Shown: positions 52,535 through 64,000 of the stretch, piece by piece
How positions within the stretch are numbered: position 1 is the first letter of the stretch
Layout of the letters: each line of letters begins with the position of its first letter
Assembly: GCA_051294375.1 (NCBI GenBank)
Contig: CM119265.1
Span: forward strand, 5,813,696-5,877,695
DNA: 64,000 nucleotides
From: Paraspadella gotoi
Taxonomy: Eukaryota > Animalia > Chaetognatha
Direction: 5' to 3'
Position numbers and translations under genes: made by a program
Notes under the pieces: model-generated
Databases searched by the model: none
What the model saw: only the letters and a program-made list of their open reading frames with translations
Told to the model about the DNA's origin: nothing

Positions 52535-54648
52535 NNNNNNNNNNNNNNNNNNNNNNNNNAGAGAGAGATGAAAGACAAAAAGTAAGGAACAGAAAGGAGA
52601 GAAAGGGAGGAGGAGGAAAAGAAGAGAAAAGAAAAGAAACATTGGGAAAAAGGAAAGAAAAAAGTCAGAAAGGGAGGGATAGAAAAGAAAACATTGGAGA
52701 AAGGAAAGAAAAAAAGTCAGAAAAAAATGGAAACCCGATCAGCCGGAGTAAAGGGCAAAGCAAAGAAAAACTTTGGAGCGAAGGCGAAACAAAACCAAAA
52801 AAAAAAAAAAACCCGAATACAATGGAAACAATATTGAAGAGAAAAAAAAGGGATTGCGCGCCGATAATATATTGCGAATCTAAGCGAGAGAACAAAAGTT
52901 ACTTTAAAATTTTCGTATTTTGAAAAGAGAAACAAGTTTGACGACAAGCTAATACCCACACTGATACAGATTCTTTAAACGAGTCGAATAAAATAAAAAT
53001 TCGGGGTTTTTTTTTTAGAGGGAGAGAAGAGAGTGAGTTTTCTTCATCGAGAATGTACAAAAATTTTCTTAGTATAGATTTTTTTTTCTTCCTTTTTTAA
53101 AAATTTTCTTTACAAGTTTCTTTCCTGGTTTCAGAGTCTAGCGCTTCGAGCAATTTTTTTTTCTGTCGCCACAACGTTATCAATATCATTCTTTATAAAG
53201 ATTTTTTCCAAAGCCCCGCCTTTCGGGTTTTAAAATAATATGATATGTATATTTGTTGCTTTCTTTTCGTTGTGTTTTTGGGCAATTTATCAAAACCACA
53301 ATTATTTGTTTACAGTAAGTTTGAGGACACCGATAAAAAAAAATATTTTTGATAAAATTACGAATTATACTATACAATTTATTTTTCTAGGAGATTTCCT
53401 TGATAGAAAATAAATCAAATATTTTAATACGAAAATGCACTGCGGGTTTTGTAAACTTATAGTTGGTTTAATGAACATTGTACTTTATACATTCAATGAT
53501 ATCGTAATTTCAATCTCGTATTTTAGTTTCACTTTCCAATTTTCACAATCGAAAATCTCGCCGCTGAGCCTCAGGCGACCTCAACCACTTTCCGCTCGGT
53601 ATACTTCATGGCAGAGGGCGTTGGCCAATGCCGCTTGAAGCCAAGGAGCCGCGATGCGGCGTTGGCGGCCGCCGACGTCAGCGCCATCGAGTTGAATCAC
53701 GTCCGCTCGTCCTTGAGAGATGGCACCGCAGGAGGTGGGGATGGCGCCGGGGGTAAAGGTCGCGCGCCTGGGAAGGGTAAGGGATGAGAAGTGCGGCAAT
53801 TTCGGTTCAAGGACAGCATAGGCCGCCATTACAATACTTAACGAATCACATTGCCGTTTGGTAATGACGATTTTAAGTAACAAAAGGGCTCGTTTCATTA
53901 CTTACATTACATTCGCATTGTAATGTAAAGTACATTATATCAAGGCAAAGTCAGGATGCCAGAAGCTTCCTAGATGAAATATTGATATTCCTATATTGGT
54001 ACGCAATTTCATTAAATAACATTACTTTACATCACATTCTATTGTATAGGCATTATATTAAGTGGGCAAAGTTAGGAAGCCCAGATAGCCTAATTGAATA
54101 AATGTCGCATATTTCCTTTAAAGTTATATGGCGTTTAAATTAAATTTAATCAATATTTTAAATTGTGAATTAGCCGGCGAAGTCGCGATCCCGCTGTTGG
54201 GAGCACGGATTGGAGGCGGCGGGGCTGCGGGACAATAGGTGAAAGTCCGCGAATTTCTCGCGAACGCTGGAATTTGAGGGGGGGGGGGTGAAAAAAGGGT
54301 TCGTGAAATAAATCGGGATTTCTAAGAAAGTCATCTAAGTTGATTATTGAATATCAATCATGTCATTAATGGTGAATGATTGAGCTGAGTGATTAAAACC
54401 ATTGCGATAAACTTGTAAAAGGTCATCTACTTGTAAAAACGTTTTTGATTTTATCAATAAATTTGCGTCCGAAATTGAATTTTAGGAATGCCCGACTCTG
54501 GTGACTTAATTCTCTCTGTTCAAAGTTGAAAAAATATCTAATTGAAAAGCAAACTGGATGCGGGTGATCACATAGACATCCGGTAATGTTTATTTTCTCT
54601 CTCTCTCTCTCTCTCTCTGCTCTCTCTCGGTCTCCTCATCTCTTTCTC

Positions 54649-54700
<52 letters not shown>

Positions 54701-54926
54701 ATTGATTCGAGTGTTTTCCTCAGTATACGGCTCGCGATAAATCAAACCGAAAAACACAGCGCGACGTTGACAAGGCGACGGGAAAACAAAACAAAACTCG
54801 CAAAAAAGATGTTACCAAAAAACGGCAAAAAAAAATGTAAGTCTCGTCCTCTGCAGATCGGGGATTTTGTAAAAAGCAGGGCCGGAGACAATGAACGTCA
54901 CATAAAGCTTATAGACAGCTGTGTGT

Positions 54927-54997
<71 letters not shown>

Positions 54998-55713
54998 CGA
55001 GAGAGAATGAATGAAATGAATGAATGAAATGAATGATGAATGAATTTACAGATTAGCATCATGGGCCAACAGCTCCGCGGCTATACGACCTTTTAATTAT
55101 CGGTACAAAGGTTAGTAAAATTAGATGTACTAAGATAATTAAGTAATCGGTAGCCGAAAACTGATTTTAGAAAGTTTAGAATTCCATAACTTAAAAGAGA
55201 AAAAATAGAGAGAGAGAGAGAGAGAGCAGAGAGAGAGAGAGAGAGAGAGAGAAGAGAGAGAGAGCAGAGAGAGAGAGAGAAGGAGAGACGATGAGAGAGC
55301 AGAGAGACGAGAAGAGCATGAAGAGAGGCGCTGGGTGCAGTAGCGACGGCGAGCCTTCAGTAAAATTCCGCCTTCTTAATGATCCAGTTATCACCGTCCT
55401 TCGTTTGAAGTCACCAATGATTACAATTCATAATCCTGCTTGTCTCATTCGTCTTCGTCGTCGCTCTTCGTCGTCGTCTGTTCGTCTGTTCCTAGATTCC
55501 ATTTCAGTTTTCGGGCCATTTTTTAATGATCGCGTCTTGGACTGCTCTTGCTGTTTTCTTCTTTTCTACTGCATAAATAAATTACAAAATGACACACTGC
55601 AAAAAAAAAAAAAAAAAAAAACACATCACCAACACATGTTCATCCACAGATTACTAGCCTGTGAGTGCCAAGTATTTGTTTATTAAATGAATAAATATTA
55701 ATAATTTTTGTAG

Positions 55714-56177
55714 TTGGCTTGCTTCAACTGCGTGGAGTGGAGACAGAAAAACATTAAAAAAAGAAAAGAAATGCGTAAACCGACAACGCCCATCATGACG
55801 AAAACGACTCCACGTCGATTTTGGCAAAGGATGGGGAAAGGCTGCCGCATGGATTCATATGCCATAAAACGCAACGAGACGACGACGATGATGACTAAGA
55901 AAGCCGACGACGACCGCCGCCGCTAGGAATGGGAACCGACCGAAACGGGGAAAGTTCGAAAATAGATAAAAAGTTGCTTAGTTGGTGCCAAGACACGTTG
56001 ACGTGGCGACGACGCCCGCTGCAGACTCCGACGCGTCGGTCCGTCATCTCAAACTCATGCATTCGCCACTTCCGTCTTTCAGAACTCCGCTCGCGACTTA
56101 AAAAACTAGGGTCGCTGTTGTGGCGCAAGGAAACCGGAGCCGGGGATAACTTTGGGCAGTGGGATGCGAAGCTGACG
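55714..56177 (+). CDS. Candidate disordered-protein exon (mirror at ~60490-60975 -)
   Basis: ttttgtag acceptor and ACG|gtaaga donor; two-copy consensus reads ...HRDENDSRRFWQRMGKG...NDNDDDDDYESDDDPRWNGTDRNGESSKIDKKLRVGAKTLTATTPLQTPTPSSSSQTHHRTSSFETPLGLK...GAGDNFGQWDAKLT; needs indel correction. Confidence 0.3.
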
Positions 56178-56246
56178 GTAAGATGGTGGTGGAGGGGATA
56201 TTGTTGATTAGAGATACCGGCATATTTAAAAACTAATGTATTAACA

Positions 56247-56630
56247 ACAAGAACGGTGAATTCCAATGTGTTGCGCCGCAGTGGACTTTATTTTCATGTG
56301 TATGACATACATAGTAAAACTTTTTTAGCCCTTGTATGTTATTGACATGTACTGCCGCATGAAATTTTGTCTATTTTTTATTTTTTAGTTTTAGGCATTT
56401 CCTGGAAGGCCGTGCTTACGCAGGTCACGTTAGATTTTAGGTAGGGTTTATCTGTCCTTAACAAGCATGAACAACCCAACTATAGGCGCAAATTATTACT
56501 ACCCTTTTAGACGTAAGTGGTGACACGGACGCGAAGCGGACAGGACGATACCGACGAGCGGACAGACCGAACCGAAAAGTGACTTAGAAGAGTTGTCATG
56601 AGGCTGCAGTTACGCGGCGGGCGCACTAAG
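56247..56630 (-). mobile_element. DINE-1/HINE-like element, independent insertion (mirror ~59985-60397 +)
   Basis: On -: TTAGTGCGCC..CAACTCT..AAGTCACTTTTCGG, GTCY core, CCACTTACGT, 3' CACTGCGGCGCAACACATTGGAATTCACCGTTCTTG; same termini as 17431-17704 but different interior and flanks. Confidence 0.62.
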
Positions 56631-56919
56631 AAAGCTCAAATATGATAATAAATGATGTAAGTACAAATTTCAAAAGCAAACAGCTCTGCATGTCTTCGCT
56701 GCCGCAGTAGACCGTCCAACTATGGCAAACAGTTTCAAACGTTTAATCGCTTTGTCTTCGGCATAGAAGCTCATCCATTTTCCTGCCTCGAGTCGAATCT
56801 TCAGATGAAAAGAATACACCGCGAGATAGAAGGCTTTGTTTTATTGTTTTCTTGAATAATATATTTTGGTGTGCTATAAACGTCGGAAATAAAACACTGC
56901 GAAAAGATTCATCGTAGTA

Positions 56920-57085
56920 GGCCTTGGCCGGCCGAAAACAAAGAAAATCCGGTCCGGCAACGGTTTTCGTGCGCGGTGTTTGGCCGGACGGATTAAGCAA
57001 ATTGGTGCTTCACGAAGTTTCTGCCGCCGGGTTTGGCGCGGCAGTTTGGCCCACCCGGGTTTAGGCCGGGCGTTCGGCCGTGTTC
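56920..57085. repeat. Degenerate GC-rich minisatellite (GTTTGGCCGG-like; mirror ~59505-59675)
   Basis: Recurrent gtttggccgg, gtttggcgcgg, gtttggccc, gtttaggccgg, gttcggccg. Confidence 0.55.
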
Positions 57086-57589
57086 GTAAACGTCCCTTAT
57101 AAAGGAATCTGGGCGAGAAATCAGTCAACGTCGCGAAATAAATTCAGCGAAGAAGATTCTCGTTAATGTCTAATTACGAATCCTCGTGGTAGAAAATTCT
57201 TTTATGGTTAGTAAATCTCGCGTTTCCGTGATTTAATCTTTGTTTCCCTTTCCCTTCATGGCTTTCTCTCCCTCATAAATAGATCTCTTTTGGCGTTTAA
57301 AGAATTTCTGCCTTATCTTGCTCGTCCATATTCGGTCTTTTCGCTTCTCTCTCTGCTTGCCTCTCCGCTCGCGTCCGCTGCTCGCTTTATTTCCTTTGCC
57401 TCCCTCCTCGCGCTCTCGCTTTTAAAAGCATCTTACCGACAACAATCGAGATTAGAATTTTTTTAACGTGCGACCATGAATTTTCATCAGGTAACATTTT
57501 CCCCTCTCTCTCGTGCTCAGTCTCCCTCTCCGTCTCTGCTCTCTCTCTCTCTCTCTCTCTCCTCTCTCTCGTCGTCTCTCTCGTCTTCT

Positions 57590-57745
57590 TTTGGAGAGGG
57601 ACGGAGGGAGAGAGAGAGAGAAGCGAGAAAGACCCGAATATGGAGAGAAAGATAAGAGGAAATTAAAGCAAAAGAGATCTATTTATGAGGGAGAGAAGAT
57701 GAAGGGAAAGGGAAACAAAGATTATAATCAGGAAACCGAGATTTA
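57590..57745 (+). repeat. Short local fold-back copy (reverse complement of ~57215-57380; direct copy of ~59205-59370)
   Basis: AGAGATCTATTTATGAGGGAGAG...GAAGGGAAAGGGAAACAAAGATT mirrors 57236-57290. Confidence 0.8.
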
Positions 57746-60700
57746 AAATAGGTAGAGAGATGGCTCTCGTCTTCTCTCTCTTGCTCTGTCATCTCTCATC
57801 TCGCCTCGGTCATCATTGCCGCTCTCCTCTCCTCTCTCTCCTCTCTCTCTACTCTACTTTCCTCTCTTCTCTTTCTGCTCTCTCTCCTCTCTCTCTGACC
57901 TCTCAATAACTCATACATACATCATATACTACAATCTCACGAAACCCTCAGAACAGACGGCTTCTTCGCGGGGCTCGAGCGAATCTGATGTCGTCGTCAG
58001 CAGTCGAAACCGGAGTGCGTACAAGAGATATAACGAGACGCAATTACAAGACAGATCTACTGTAACGATAGATTATGCGACTGGCGAGACGACGGCGATG
58101 ACACGCAGGGACGGTAGCGATACGAGGAGAGGATCGACAATACCGGCCGACAAAGACCGAGGCACCCATCGAGTAATAAGCTAAACCAGCTCGAGGAGAC
58201 AATGCACAGCCGACGAAACCGACAAGAAAGAATGACGGAGATGCACAATGACATAATCGGTGCTGTTCACATGATGACCAGCTCCTCTCGATCGATTTTA
58301 ATGCGCCGCCGCACCGTCAAATTGATAAAGACCGTTACCAAAATGGACCGCGAGGGCGCTTTGCTAAAGATAGACACTGATCGGAGATGAAAGAAAGTTC
58401 ATTAGATAAAAAAAGTCGAAATATTATTTATCATTTGTACTTTACTTCATAGAGACACAAAGCAAATATCATAATTTCTCAATCTTGTAATAACTTATCA
58501 AACCGTTAAACCAGCGCGATGAAGGCTTTAATGGAACTACCACAAACGGCAAAAAAATATAGATCTGTTTTTAATCTGTCAACTAGAATTCAGTTGTAAA
58601 AAATTCAATAAACTTTGCCAATACTCTAATTTCTAAAGCTCGTACTCGATTCATACGAGGAGACCGCTTTTCGCAGGATTTGATCGGATAAAATACAATT
58701 GGAGTAATATCCATAAGACAAATTTCACGCTGTAGAATTGGACAAGCCTTAGGTCAGAGCGACGCACACATGTCATAGACGATGCTGTGGGTCGACGACG
58801 GACGACCACCCCGACCGACCGCCTCTACCCACTCGACCTCTTCGCGTCCTCCAGTTCCCACAACGATGAAATGAATCGAGACAGATGGATTCGTTTTACT
58901 TCGCCATAACCGAACTCGCACGGAAGGACCGGCAGTCCCTTCTCTTCATACGAAAAATGAAAAAAAAGTAAGCAAGAGAAGCCAGAGAAGAAGAGAGAGC
59001 AGAGAGAGAGGAGAGAGTAGAGAGCGAGAGAGAGAGAGAGAGACCCCCGAGAGAGAGAGGGAGCGCCCCCACATGTACTCTGCCTCCGCAAATTCCATGG
59101 CCATCCCCCGAGTTAAAAAAAAACTTCTAATTCGATTGTTTTGTCGAAAGATGGTTTAAACGAGCGGCAGGACGGGAGCAGCGCTCCGAGCGAAGTGAGG
59201 AATAAGGGAGGGACGGAGGGGAGACGAGAGAGAGTAGCGAGCAAGAGCGAATGATGGAGAGAAGATAAGAGGAAATTAAGCAAAAGAGAATCCATACTTT
59301 CCCTCACGCGGAGCGAGATGAAGGGAAAAGGGCAAACAAAGATTATATTATCACGGAAACCGCGAGATTATAACTACATAAAAGAATTTGTCTCACCAAC
59401 GAGGATTCGATAATTAAGACATTAACGAGAATTCTTTTCGCATTTATTTCGCGACGTTGATGCATTTCCTCGCGGCCCAGATTCCTTTCAAAGGAGACGT
59501 TTACGAAAGCACGGCCGAAACGCCCGGCCTAAACCGGGTGGCGCCAAACGCCGCGCCAAAACCCGCGGGCAGAACACTTCGTAGACAACCAATTTGTTAA
59601 TCCCGGTCGCGGCCAAAACGCCACCGGAAAACTTGCCGGACACGGATTTTCTTTTGTTTTCGGCCGGCAAGGCCTACTACGACTGAATGTTTTCGCAGTG
59701 GCTGTTTTATTTCCGAGGTTTATAAAGACAGCCAAAATATATTATTCAAAAAACAATAAAGAACAATCAGCCCTTCTATGCTCGCCGCGTTTATTCTTTT
59801 CATAGAAAGATTCGACGTCGAGCAGGAAGAATGGATGAGTTTATGGCTCGAAGACACAAGCGGAGTTAATAACGTTTGAAATGGTTGATAAGGTTGAGCG
59901 GGTCTACGCGCGCAGCGAAGAATGGCAGAGGTTTGCTTTGAAATTTGTACTTAAATCATTTATTATCATATTTGACGCTTGTTATTGAGTGCGCAGCGCG
60001 AGTGCAGCCTCGGCTGAACATACTCTGTATAGTCGCACATTTCTCGGTTCGGTTCTTCGTCTGGGATCATCGTCCTGTGCCGTCGGTCAGTGTCCCCACT
60101 TAACGTTAAAAGGCGCTATAATAATTCTGCCTATTAGTTGGTGCTTTTCATCGCTTGTAAGACAGACTATAAACTCCCTACCTAAAAATCTAACGTGACT
60201 TGCTGAAGCACGGCGTCTTCCAGGACAATTGCCTAAAACTAAAAGGAATAAAAAGACAAAAATTTCGATGGGCCAGTACAATGTCAATAAATAACAAGCG
60301 GCTAAAAAAGATTTTCTAGTGTCTATCATGACCATTACGAGAAATATAAGTCCACTGAGCGCGCAACGCACGAATTGCGCAATTCACCGTTTCTTGTTGC
60401 TTATTAAGTACAATAGTTTTTAATTATGCGGCTATCTACTTAATATACAATATCCCTCCGAACGCACCCATCACTTAAATTATTGCCGTATTCGACATCA
60501 CACTTCCCGCCAATCCCACGCTGCCCTCACAAGCGTTATCCCCGGTCGGCTTTTCCTTGNNNNNNNNNNNNNNNNNNNNNNNNNCGGTTTTCCTTCGCCA
60601 CAACAGCGACCCCTAGTTTTTAAGTCCGAGCGGAGTTTCGAAAGAGGAAGTGCGATGATGAGTTTGAGATGACGACGACGGCGTCGGAGTCTGCAGCGGC

Positions 60701-62176
60701 GTCGTCGCCGTCAACGTCTTGGCACCAACTCGCAACTTTTTATCTATTTTCGAACTTTCCCCGTTTCGGTCGGTTCCATTCCAGCGCGGGTCGTCGTCGC
60801 TTTCGTAGTCATCATCGTCGTCGTTGTCGTTTTATGCATAATCATCGCAGCCTTTCCCCATCCTTTGCCAAAATCGACGTGAGTCGTTTTCGTCACGATG
60901 GCGTTTCGTTACTATTTCTTTTCTTTTTTTAATGTTTTCTTGTCACTCCACCATTCCACCGGTATGAACAAGCAACTTAAAAATTATTTAATATTTATTC
61001 ATTTAATAAACAAAGCTATTGGACACTGGACAGGCTAAGTTAATTTGTTTTGGGAACTCGTGGTGTTTTTTTGTTGTTTTTTTCTTTTGAGTGTGTCGTT
61101 TGTAATTTTTTTATCAGTAGAAAAGAAGAAAACAGAAGAGCAGTCCGAAGACGATCTTAAAAAATGGCGCCGAAACTGAACATGGAATCTGAAAGGAATC
61201 AGGGACGACGACGAAGAGCGACGACGAAGACGAATGAGAAAAGAGGATTATTGGAATTGTAACTCATTGGTGACTTCAAACGAAATGACTGGATATGAAG
61301 ATTCTATTGAGAAGGCGGATTTACTGAAACGCTCGCCGTCCTACTCACCAGCGGCATCTCTCTCTCTCTATCCATCTCTCTCTCTCTCTCTGCTCTCTCT
61401 CCTCTCTCTCTCATCTCCTCTCTCTCTCTCTCTCTGCTCTCTCTCTCTCACACACACCACAGCTGTCCTTTAAGGCTTTATGCGGTCATTGTCTCCGGCT
61501 GCTTTTTACATCCGGCGATCTCGGGAGCGAGACTTACATTTTTTTCCTTTTTTTGGTCAAATCTTTTTGCCTGCGAGTTTTGTTTATTGTTTTCGCCGTC
61601 GCGCTGCTGTCAAACGTCGCGGCTGTTGTTTTTCTGGTTTGATTTATCGCGCAAGCCGTATACCTTGATGCGAGAACACTTTACTACAAATAGTGAGAGA
61701 GAAACGAAGAACGAGGAAAAGGAAAAAAGACATAGCATTAAGGGATAGTAAGACTGAGACAGCTACACGATAGAAGAGAGAAGAAGAGAGAGACTGACCT
61801 AAACCTGATGAGAGAAGATGAGAGACGACGAGAGAAGAGAGAGAAAATAAAACATTACCGGTATGTTCTATTTGGTGATCACCGCGCATCCAGTTTGATT
61901 CAATTAGCGATATTTTGTTCAACTTTACAGAACAGATGGAATTAAGTCACCAGAGTCGGATCCAAAAATCATTTCGGACGCAAATTTATGATAAAATCCA
62001 AAACGTTTTTAAAGTAGATGACCTTTTTACAAGTTTATCGCAAGTGGTTTAATCACTCACTCAATCATTCATCATTAATGAATGATTGATAATTCAATCA
62101 TCAATTAATGAACTTTCTTTTTAGAAATCCCGATTTATTCACGACCCCTTTTTTCACCCCCCCCCCTCAAATTCAG

Positions 62177-62261
62177 CGTTCGGAGAAATTCGCGACTTTC
62201 ACCTATTGTCCCGCAGCCCCGCCGCCTCCAATCCGGTGTCCAACAGGGATCGCGACTTCGG
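62177..62261 (+). CDS. Exon A of an unidentified multi-exon gene (mirror ~54174-54266 -)
   Basis: ttcag acceptor, GG|gtaatt donor, GC-rich island; FGEIRDFHLLSRSPAASNPVSNRDRDFG; phase-2 end fits the next exon. Confidence 0.5.
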
Positions 62262-62686
62262 GTAATTCACAATTTAAAATATTGAATTAAAATTTAATTT
62301 AAAAGTAATATAACTTAAAGAAATATGCGTCATTTATTCAATTAGCTATCTGGCTTCCTAACTTTGCACTAATATAATGCTATACAATAGAATGTGATGT
62401 AAAGTAATGTTATTTTTAAAATTGAAATTGGTACCAATATAGGAATATCTATCATTTATTAGGTAAGCTTTCTGGCATCCTGACTTTGCCTTGATATAAT
62501 GTACTTTACATTACAATGGAATGTAATGTTAAGTAATGTAAACGAGCCCTTTTGTACTTAAATCGTCTTAGCCCTGTTATAATGCACTTAACGTACATTA
62601 CAACGGAATGTGATTGTAAGTATTGTAATGGGGCCCTATTGTCCTTGAACCGAAATGCCGACTTTCTCATCCCTTACCCTCTCCAG

Positions 62687-62860
62687 GCGCGGACCTTACC
62701 CCCGGCGCCATCCCCACCTCCTGCGGTGCCATCTTTCTCAAGGACGACGACGTGATCAACTCGATGGCGCTGACGTCGGCGCCGCCCAACGCCGAGTCGC
62801 GGCTCCTTGGCTTCAAGCGGATGGCCAACGCCCTCTGCATGAAGGATACCGAGGGAAAGG
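62687..62860 (+). CDS. Exon B of the same gene (mirror ~53586-53767 -)
   Basis: cccttaccctctccag acceptor, G|gtgagt donor, strong GC3; two-copy consensus RDLTPGAIPTSCGAIFLKDDDVINSMALTSAAANA(E/A)SRLLGFKRMANALCMK(D/Y)TEGK. Confidence 0.6.
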
Positions 62861-63875
62861 GTGAGTCCGCCTGAGGCTGCAGCGCGAGATTTCGATTGTG
62901 AAATTGGAAAGTGAAATCTAAAATACGAGGATTGAAATTACGATATCATGAATGTATAAAGTACAATGTTCATTAAACCAACTATAAGTTAAAAACCCGA
63001 GTGATTTCGTATTAAAATATGATTTTATTCTATCAAGGAAATCTCCTAGAAAAATAAATTGTTAGTATTACATTCGTATTTATCAAAAATATTTTTTTAT
63101 TTATGTTGTCCTCAACTATGTAAACAAAATAATTGTTTTTGATAAATTGCCCAAAACACAACGAAAAGAAAGCAACAAATATACTATATCATATTATTTA
63201 AAACCCGAAGGCGGGCTTTGGAAAATCTTTATAAAGATATTGATATTGATAACGTTGTGGCTGGACAAGAAAAAAAAATTGCTCGAAGGTAGAATCTGAA
63301 ACAGGAAAGAAACTTGTAAAGAAAATTTTTAAAAAAGGAGAAAAAAAAATCTATACTAAGAAAAGTTTTGTACATTTTTCTCGATGAAGAAAACTCACTC
63401 TCTTTCTCTCCCTCTAAAAAAAAAACCCCGAATTTTTATTTTTATTCGACTCGTAAGAATTGTATCAGTGTTGGTATTAGCTTTGTCGTCAAACTTGTTT
63501 CTCTTTTCAAATACGAAAATTTTAAACGGTAACTTTGTTCTCTCGTTAGATTCGCAATATATTTATCGGGCGAATCCCTTTTTTTTTCTTCAATATTGTT
63601 TTTCCATTGTATTCGGGGTTTTTTTTTTTTTGGTTTTGTTTCGCTTCGCTCCAAAGTTTTTCTTTGCTTTGCTTTACTCGGCTTGATCGGGTTTCCATTT
63701 TTTTCTGACTTTTTTTCTTTCCTTTTCCAATGTTTTCTTTTCTTTTCTCTTCTTTTCCTCCTCCTCCCTTTTCTCTCCTTTCTGTTCTTTACTTTTGTCT
63801 TCTTCTATTTCCTTCTCAAATTGCCCCCTTTAAAATTTATTCACTTCGTCGCCTTCACGCGGTGTAGTGTTACAG

Positions 63876-63916
63876 CTCCTCAGTGGCGACAGGGGCTTTG
63901 CGAGTTCCGCTCATAA
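63876..63916 (+). CDS. Possible terminal exon C of the same gene
   Basis: tgttacag acceptor; phase-1 join gives (A)PQWRQGLCEFRS-stop. Confidence 0.25.
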
Positions 63917-63926
63917 TTTCTGGCAA

Positions 63927-63962
<36 letters not shown>

Positions 63963-64000
63963 NNNNNNNNNNNNNNNNNNNNNNNNNAGAGAGAGATAAA

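Larger units (their letters stand above)
52560..57560 (-). repeat. Inverted copy of 59065-63800
   Basis: Landmarks mirror throughout (53586-53767 vs 62687-62860; 56247-56630 vs ~59985-60397; 57420-57500 vs 59065-59160). Confidence 0.92.
59065..63800 (+). repeat. ~4.8-kb block, probably native orientation
   Basis: Follows the duplicate of 51496-52534 plus (GA)n without a gap and runs on into sequence (63800-63962) that the inverted copy lacks. Confidence 0.85.

Noticed and set aside
53930-54130. Diverged ~120-bp tandem duplication with (ACATT)n
   Set aside because: Present in both mirror copies but looks like an ordinary intronic repeat with no further structure

Overview
Eukaryotic, probably small-invertebrate, draft scaffold: AT-rich, dense in (GA)n, (CGT)n and (GAAA)n microsatellites, not CpG-depleted, with 14 N-gaps. 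No prokaryote-style genes, RNA genes or CRISPR arrays are visible, and almost all tracked ORFs are low-complexity noise. The main feature is giant palindromic structure. A ~7.2-kb unit occurs five times in alternating orientation (11.8-46.1 kb), and a ~5-kb block is mirrored with a ~1-kb direct duplicate (51.5-63.8 kb). Copies differ mainly by indel noise. Some multi-kb stretches look base-identical including their errors, both inverted arms end at the same base, the fold-back has a 3-nt microhomology with an ~80-nt loop, and six gaps are exactly 25 N. The best explanation is whole-genome-amplification fold-back chimeras in noisy long reads used for gap filling, not a new biological system; roughly 28-30 kb is unique. 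In the unique sequence I can support a DINE-1/HINE-like non-autonomous Helentron family (3 independent insertions), a sulfatase-like exon with a degenerate follow-on motif, a phase-consistent three-exon gene fragment of unrecognised family, several weaker exon candidates, and an 11-bp-phased array of YY1/PHO-type ATGGC cores beside a GA tract. All comparisons were made by eye.
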